Origin: Eubacteriales bacterium
Lineage (GTDB): Bacteria > Bacillota > Clostridia > Oscillospirales > SIG627
DNA: 64,000 bases
Assembly (NCBI GenBank): GCA_045660745.1
Contig: JAZREJ010000039.1
Location: 515 to 64,514, forward strand
Direction: 5' to 3'
Each line of letters opens with the position of its first letter. Position 1 is the first letter of the stretch. The notes under the pieces were generated by a model that saw only the letters and a program-made list of their open reading frames with translations, was not told the origin of the DNA and ran no database searches. Positions 58,588 to 64,000 of this stretch are shown here, one piece after another. Made by a program: the position numbers and the translations under genes.

Positions 58588-59423
58588 TTGAGCTGAAAAA
58601 GCTGTTTTCGGTGCAAGGAATTTACACGGCGATCGAGCCGATATGGGGTGAGAGCTTTGAGTATAAAAAAGACCGACACAACTTCTGGGAGCTTGTATAC
58701 GTTTTGGAAGGGTGTGCGGGAATACTTAAAGGTGACACCGTGTATGAATTACTTCCCGGAGAGATGATATTTCACAAACCCATGGAATTTCACAGTATAT
58801 GGGCAAAGAATGCACAAAAGCTACACCTCATTGTGATAAACTTTTCTGCGGTAGGCACCGCACTCGCACCGTTAAACGAAGGGGTTTACAATCCAAATGA
58901 CGGACAGATTGAATTACTTCATCGTGTGCTTGACTGTGCCTGTCACTGCAGTGAATTTGAGGATGACTTAAAAAACCATCTGCTTTTAAATTATCTTGAA
59001 CTGCTGCTTGCTACACTTCTTGACAATAGCGACCGCACCTCTTCAACAAAAAAGAGCATCGGCAACCAAAATTACGAAGCAATACTCAAAGCAATGAGTG
59101 ATAACATAAGCCGAAGAATGACGATAGAGGCTCTTGCAAAGGTGTGCAAGCTGAGTCAGAGTAATCTCAAAAAGATATTTCGGAAATATTCAGGGCTTGG
59201 AGTTATGGAATATTTCAATCAGCTTAAAGTATCCGAGGCATTACGGCTACTCGACAAAGACACCGCAATATCGGAAATCAGCGACAGACTCGGCTTTTCG
59301 AGTCCGACCTACTTCTGCGATTCCTTCAAGAAGCATTGCGGAATAACCCCGAGTGAGTACCGAAGGAAATTCAAAAGCACCGCATCCTACAAAAAAAGCA
59401 TAACAAACAAAAAAGGGCTGTAA
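58584..59423 (+). CDS. AraC-family transcriptional regulator
   Basis: The start overlaps the previous stop (ATGA). The HTH is MTIEALAKVCKLSQSNLKKIFRKYSGLGVMEYFNQLKVSEALRLL...GFSSPTYFCDSFKKHCGITPSEYRR. Confidence 0.9.
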   Translation: MIELKKLFSVQGIYTAIEPIWGESFEYKKDRHNFWELVYVLEGCAGILKGDTVYELLPGEMIFHKPMEFHSIWAKNAQKLHLIVINFSAVGTALAPLNEGVYNPNDGQIELLHRVLDCACHCSEFEDDLKNHLLLNYLELLLATLLDNSDRTSSTKKSIGNQNYEAILKAMSDNISRRMTIEALAKVCKLSQSNLKKIFRKYSGLGVMEYFNQLKVSEALRLLDKDTAISEISDRLGFSSPTYFCDSFKKHCGITPSEYRRKFKSTASYKKSITNKKGL

Positions 59424-59456
59424 AAACCTTGTAAAGAGTTTTTTACAGTCCTTTTT
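59416..59456. terminator. shared terminator between convergent genes
   Basis: GGCTGTAAAAA-CCTTGTAAAGAG-TTTTTTACAGTC followed by CTTTTTG. The stem includes the AraC stop codon. Confidence 0.7.
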
Positions 59457-59457
59457 G

Positions 59458-60543
59458 TCATTTGATTGAGTAAAGATATTCAAGACTTTCACGGAATCTT
59501 CGGCATTCATCCTCGTTCTCGTGATCAATTGCACTGCTATGGGAAATATCGTTATACATTTCTTCCAAAGAAGTATCACTTATACCGACAAGAGATGGCT
59601 TGTAGGGCATGTTGTAGCTCTTCATCAGCTCAATCAATTGCAAATTTTCTTCAATTTTGCGGAGAAAATGATTCTGCAAAAGAAGTCCTACTCCCACAAT
59701 CTCACCGTGTAAAAACGGCTTTGTCTCGGTGGGATAAAGTCTGCGTCCCGCTTCGTAGAATTTATGTGCGAGAGCGGTTTGGTTGGAGCCTCTTGCAATT
59801 CCGCTTATAACTCCGGTTGCACAAACCGTTGTGAAAATCATACGCTCAAGAGTTTCCGAAACAATCCCTTTTTCCATATCGTGAAGTGCTTCCAAAAGCT
59901 TGGAAGTAAGAAAATCATAGGATCGCACAGACATAAAATAAGCAAAGTCGAGTCCGAGCGGATATTCCTCGTTTTCGGGAGAATATCTGTGACTTATTTC
60001 GCAAAACTTCGCAAGAGCATCAAATACACCCGCTAAAAAAAGTCTTGTCGGTTGCGACGCTACAATCTCAGTGTCAACTATAACCGCATCAACTTCATGC
60101 TTAAAGTGGCTTGTTCCGACAGTCCTTCCCTCTTTTGTGTAGCAAACGCTCAAGGGGGTATAGGAGGCACAGGTAGCGCTTGACGTTGGAACGTTTATAA
60201 CGGGAAGGTGAGCCGTGTCTGCAACAAGCTTTGCAAAATCGCAAACGACACCGCCTCCGACACCTACAATAACGTCATAGCCTCTCTCACGGCACAAAAG
60301 TGAAAGAGCCTCGGCATCCTCTTTGTTACAGGAGGAAGTATGAGTGATAAATTCATAATTATTGCATTTTTTCGAAATAGACTCACAAAGTCCTTCACGA
60401 GTAAGTGAGAGTGCGGTAACACCTCCAACCACAAGAGGCGACGAGGCGATGCGCACTACCTCTTCACCAATCCGCGATATATAACCTTTTCCTTGTAAAT
60501 ATCTACCGCATCCGATTCTGAACGATTCCTCTTTTATTGGCAT
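59458..60543 (-). CDS. iron-containing alcohol dehydrogenase family protein (glycerol dehydrogenase-like)
   Basis: ATG 60543 follows AAAGGAG. Motifs GVGGGVVCDFAKL, VPTSSATCA, DALAKF and HGEIVGVG. Confidence 0.82.
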   Translation of the reverse strand: MPIKEESFRIGCGRYLQGKGYISRIGEEVVRIASSPLVVGGVTALSLTREGLCESISKKCNNYEFITHTSSCNKEDAEALSLLCRERGYDVIVGVGGGVVCDFAKLVADTAHLPVINVPTSSATCASYTPLSVCYTKEGRTVGTSHFKHEVDAVIVDTEIVASQPTRLFLAGVFDALAKFCEISHRYSPENEEYPLGLDFAYFMSVRSYDFLTSKLLEALHDMEKGIVSETLERMIFTTVCATGVISGIARGSNQTALAHKFYEAGRRLYPTETKPFLHGEIVGVGLLLQNHFLRKIEENLQLIELMKSYNMPYKPSLVGISDTSLEEMYNDISHSSAIDHENEDECRRFRESLEYLYSIK

Positions 60544-60649
60544 ACCGATAACTCCTTTTCTGTTTGACATATTTACATTTTAATGCTATAATCGGGTTAT
60601 GTAAATACGTTTAATTGATTATAATTTCAGATTTATTGCGGAGAAGTAT

Positions 60650-61468
60650 ATGATATTTAGCGCTTACCAAAATTCAAAAGAAGGACTGTTCGACATATCC
60701 ATTGTAAGTAGCGGACACATATTTGCTCAAAACGGAAGAAGCATTATCCGTCCCTTCGGCAGACAGGATTGGCTATTGTTTTACGTTGTAAAAGGCACGG
60801 AGAAATTTGAATTAACCGAAAACTGTTTTGCAAAGGAAGGCTCCTTCGTTATCTTCAAGCCGGGTGAAAAGCAAATACACACATATATGGGTGATGAAAC
60901 CGGAGAATTTTACTACGTTCATTTTACGGCCCCCAACAGCTTTTTACCATTCGGCTTTGAGACCTCAAAAATATATTTTTCAAAACCTGACACAACCGTA
61001 ACAGACCTCTTTGAGGAGGTGATAAGCGAGCTTCATCTGAGAAAGCCATCCTTTGAAAAGCTATGTGTTTCCCTGCTCTTTGTGATTTTTTCGCACCTTG
61101 AGAGAAATGCATCAAAAAGCACGTACGTCGAGGAACGGTATACCGATAAAATATCCTTTGTTATCCACAAAATGAACAAGGAGTACAATGCAAGCACACC
61201 CCTTGACGAATACGCAAGCTTGTGTAATATGAGTAAATTCCACTTTATAAGAGTTTTTAAATCAATCACAGGATTCTCCCCTCTTGAATACAGAAGCCGA
61301 ACAAGACTTGAGCACGCAAAGGCGTTTTTGAATTCCTCCGATACAATAGGAGAAATATCGGAAAAGCTCGGATACAGCTCACAAAGATATTTTTGTGACG
61401 CATTTAAAAAAGCCTTCGGAATCAGCCCGAGCGAATACAGAAAGAGAAAAAAATCATCGGACGGTTAA
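60650..61468 (+). CDS. AraC-family transcriptional regulator
   Basis: The HTH is TPLDEYASLCNMSKFHFIRVFKSITGFSPLEYRSRTRLEHAKAFL...GYSSQRYFCDAFKKAFGISPSEYRK. Confidence 0.9.
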   Translation: MIFSAYQNSKEGLFDISIVSSGHIFAQNGRSIIRPFGRQDWLLFYVVKGTEKFELTENCFAKEGSFVIFKPGEKQIHTYMGDETGEFYYVHFTAPNSFLPFGFETSKIYFSKPDTTVTDLFEEVISELHLRKPSFEKLCVSLLFVIFSHLERNASKSTYVEERYTDKISFVIHKMNKEYNASTPLDEYASLCNMSKFHFIRVFKSITGFSPLEYRSRTRLEHAKAFLNSSDTIGEISEKLGYSSQRYFCDAFKKAFGISPSEYRKRKKSSDG

Positions 61469-61481
61469 AAGCCGTCCGATC
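61455..61481. terminator. hairpin between convergent genes (weak terminator)
   Basis: ATCGGACGG-TTAAAA-GCCGTCCGAT spans the AraC stop. No strong T-tract. Confidence 0.4.
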
Positions 61482-61486
61482 TGTCT

Positions 61487-62047
61487 TTATAAAGTCTTTG
61501 CTACCTCACGAATCACCTTAACCGTTGCCTCTGTGCAAGCATTGATTGCGCCTTCCGCAAGGTGAAGTCTATCGTCTCTTAAATATTCGTGACGGTGGGG
61601 GTATACAACCGAATAAAGGTCATTTATTATAACTCCCTTCTCCTTTAAGATGGGTACTATAAGCTTGTTGTACTCCTCGATTCGCTCGTTTGAGTGTCCT
61701 TCACAAGGCTCGTTTACGGGAGTGGTGGTAGCGAAAATAACCTTTTTGCCTATCTTCAAAAGATGGTCGGCAATTCTCGTCATGTTTGCAACGTACTCCT
61801 CCTTAGACGTGAACACTCCGTCTCCGAGATCGTTTACATCCCAAAGTCCGTTATTCCAATGAATAATGTCAGCGCCCTCCATCTTTGAAACCCATTCGTA
61901 GGAAACGTAGCGGAGAGTATATTTTGAAAATCTTCCGTTATCGGCGGGCTGCCACGTTTCAAACTCATCCTTCAATATTTCAGGCACCTTTGTGCCGTAG
62001 CCTATCATACGGATTGAGTCGCCAAGCAATATCAATTTTTTCATCAT
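61487..62047 (-). CDS. SGNH/GDSL-family hydrolase (esterase/deacetylase-like)
   Basis: ATG 62047 follows GGAGGATAAA. MMKKLILLGDSIRMIGYG is the GDS block. NNGLWD and a C-terminal DRLHL (DxxH) are also present. Confidence 0.8.
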   Translation of the reverse strand: MMKKLILLGDSIRMIGYGTKVPEILKDEFETWQPADNGRFSKYTLRYVSYEWVSKMEGADIIHWNNGLWDVNDLGDGVFTSKEEYVANMTRIADHLLKIGKKVIFATTTPVNEPCEGHSNERIEEYNKLIVPILKEKGVIINDLYSVVYPHRHEYLRDDRLHLAEGAINACTEATVKVIREVAKTL

Positions 62048-62142
62048 TTTATCCTCCAACATATGTTGTGTTTCAAATAATAGCATATAATTGATGAAAA
62101 ATCAAGAGCTTTTTTAAAATAAAAAAATATTTTTCAAACGTA

Positions 62143-62171
62143 TTGACAGAGCAATGTGCTTGTGATATAAT
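62143..62171 (+). promoter_or_regulatory. consensus sigma-A promoter with extended -10
   Basis: TTGACA (62143-62148), 17 nt, TATAAT (62166-62171), preceded by TGA. Confidence 0.65.
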
Positions 62172-62176
62172 CGCAG

Positions 62177-62190
62177 TGCAACCGATTGCA
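62177..62190. promoter_or_regulatory. LacI-family / cre-type operator
   Basis: TGCAACCGATTGCA fits TGNAANCGNTTNCA at every constrained position. It lies 6 nt after the -10 and 18 nt before the GTG start of the LacI-family gene. Confidence 0.6.
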
Positions 62191-62207
62191 TTAAGGAGGA
62201 AAAGCGC

Positions 62208-63233
62208 GTGGCTGAAACTACAATATACACTCTTGCAAGAGAGCTTAACATGACCCCGTCTATGATAAGCCGTGCGTTTAGCCCGAACGCAAAAATCAGT
62301 GAGGACAAAAGACGGCTTGTTTTAGAAACGGCAGAAAAGAAGGGCTTTGTTCCGAACAAGCTCGCTTCAAGGCTCTCAATGAAAAAAGTGAGAATCGGGG
62401 TCATTGTAAACAGCAGATTCAAAATCAACACCGACAAAATGCTTGTGGGCTTTGAGAGTGCTTATTCAAAGCTCAAGGACTATAAGATTGAATATGACGT
62501 TAAGGTTATGAATCCTCTTAAAAATACATTTGAGGAATATTCCGAGGCAATCGACTCATTCAAAGACTATGACGGTGTAATACTTACGGGTATGAGTGCC
62601 ACCAAATATACAGACCTGATAAACACGCTTTACAAGTCCTGTCCGAGCATTGTACAGGTACAAGCGGTAAACAACGAAGCAAGCCACCTTTTCGCATCTA
62701 AGCATGACGAAAAGAGTGCATCAAGCCTTGCATCGGAATTTCTTTACAACTGTCTTAAAAGGAGCAGTTCTAAAAACGTTATTCTGTTTACGGGCGACCT
62801 TGACACAACCCTTCACAAGAGCGCCGCAGACGCATTTTGCGAGGAGTGTAAAAAACACTCTCTTAATCTTACGGATATAATCGACATGAAGGATGATGCC
62901 TCCTACTTTGAAAAAATCCTTCCCGATATGTACCGCAAGCTTTGCAACACGGACGGGATATACATTACGAGCGGTATTTCCTCCCCTCTTTGCAAATTTC
63001 TTGAAAGAGAAAGGCTTGATGCGTTTCTTGTAGCCTTTGATACCCACTGTGAAATTAAAAGCTATATGGAAAAGGGTGTCATAAGCGCCACGATATCGCA
63101 AGACGTTTCAAGGCAAGCCGAAAGCGCCTTTGAGCTACTTGTCAAGCACATTATATCGGGAGCCGAGTGCCCAGAAACGATATACACAGACGTTCAGCTT
63201 GTTTTAAAAAGTAATATAAATCAATTCAATTAA
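62208..63233 (+). CDS. LacI-family transcriptional regulator
   Basis: GTG start after AAGGAGG. The N-terminal HTH is TIYTLARELNMTPSMISRAFSPNAKISEDKRRLVLETAEKKGFVPN, followed by a periplasmic-binding-protein-like core. Confidence 0.88.
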   Translation: MAETTIYTLARELNMTPSMISRAFSPNAKISEDKRRLVLETAEKKGFVPNKLASRLSMKKVRIGVIVNSRFKINTDKMLVGFESAYSKLKDYKIEYDVKVMNPLKNTFEEYSEAIDSFKDYDGVILTGMSATKYTDLINTLYKSCPSIVQVQAVNNEASHLFASKHDEKSASSLASEFLYNCLKRSSSKNVILFTGDLDTTLHKSAADAFCEECKKHSLNLTDIIDMKDDASYFEKILPDMYRKLCNTDGIYITSGISSPLCKFLERERLDAFLVAFDTHCEIKSYMEKGVISATISQDVSRQAESAFELLVKHIISGAECPETIYTDVQLVLKSNINQFN

Positions 63234-63242
63234 AGAGGTTTT

Positions 63243-64000
63243 ATGATAGCTCTTCAAGTCACAATATCCATGCTCTCCATGGTAATACAAAACTGTTTAT
63301 TCAACACCTCCTGCAAAAAGGAGCTTCCCACAAACAATCATCTTTTCCGATTCAACATTGTAATGTATGCCATATGCATAATAGTTTTCGGAGCAACAAT
63401 TTTCATAGGCGGAATATCACTTTATACGGTGCTTATCGGACTTGTTTTCGGCGTGGTGCTGGCTCTCAGCAACCTCTATAAGATGATGGCTCTCTCAAAC
63501 GGTCCAATGCATATCACCATTCTGATAACCACCTCCTCCATGATAATTCCCACAATGTCGGGAATCTTCTTTGGAGAAAGCTTCAGTCTCCCGAAGCTTT
63601 TATTCGTGGCAATTCTTATATGGTTTATATATTTATCACTCGGAAAATCCTACGACAAGAAAATAAATAAGCGCTGGCTTTTGTTTTCTTCGCTCGCCTT
63701 CGTGTTTCAGGGCACGGTTGGTGTTTTGCAAAAGATTCACCAGACCTCGTCACACAAGGGAGAGGCGAACGCACTTCTCTTTGTCGCCTTCACCTGCTCG
63801 CTCATCTACAATCGCATAAGAGCGAAAAAGAGTTTTGCCGAGCTTAACTTCACAAAAAAGCATATCACCTTTGCACTCATTTGCGGTGCTTGTGCATACA
63901 CCATGAACGTTTTGAATTTAAGACTTTCGGGACTTCTTCCAAGTCAGCTCTTTTTCCCGCTTGTAAACGGAAGCTCGATTGTATTAACATCTTTAATATC
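63243..64000 (+). CDS. multi-pass membrane protein, DMT/EamA-like transporter (partial; continues right of the window)
   Basis: Absent from the ORF track (runs off the edge). My translation from ATG 63243 gives MIALQVTISMLSMVIQNCLFN...LALSNLYKMMALSNGPMHITILITTSSMIIPTMSGIFFGES...; at least 7 hydrophobic segments. The family call is tentative. Confidence 0.55.
   Translation, partial: MIALQVTISMLSMVIQNCLFNTSCKKELPTNNHLFRFNIVMYAICIIVFGATIFIGGISLYTVLIGLVFGVVLALSNLYKMMALSNGPMHITILITTSSMIIPTMSGIFFGESFSLPKLLFVAILIWFIYLSLGKSYDKKINKRWLLFSSLAFVFQGTVGVLQKIHQTSSHKGEANALLFVAFTCSLIYNRIRAKKSFAELNFTKKHITFALICGACAYTMNVLNLRLSGLLPSQLFFPLVNGSSIVLTSLI

Overview
Densely coded (~90%) chromosomal segment of a low-GC Gram-positive bacterium, probably Clostridia (Oscillospiraceae/Ruminococcaceae-like). 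This placement rests on GGAGG Shine-Dalgarno sites, TTGACA-17-TATAAT promoters, a T-box leader on ileS, a perfect CIRCE operator on groES-groEL and a type-2 IleRS. Core genes (ileS, ligA, groES, groEL, a DnaQ-like exonuclease, a D-Ala-D-Ala carboxypeptidase) alternate with many small carbohydrate or unknown-substrate modules. Seven of these are paired with AraC-family regulators and one with a LacI-family regulator. I saw no rRNA, tRNA, CRISPR array, transposase or integrase. All family names come from reading motifs by eye; no searches were run. Best candidates for something undescribed, in order: (1) an AT-rich two-gene island at 10969..14336 encoding a secreted DNRLRE-like/reprolysin-like zinc metallopeptidase and a co-transcribed orphan lipoprotein, preceded by an apparent attenuator leader with a 3-codon mini-ORF; (2) a ketose 3-epimerase (D-psicose 3-epimerase-like), FucI-like isomerase and PfkB kinase cluster controlled by a perfect 30-bp palindrome with no regulator in cis; (3) a translationally coupled metallophosphoesterase/acyltransferase/PAP2-like operon next to a nitrilase-superfamily::GDPD fusion; (4) two paralogous acyltransferase-like domains, each partnered with a different hydrolase, one as a neighbour and one as a fusion. 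A decayed GH42 gene, duplicated ThuA genes and several palindromic operators are also noted.
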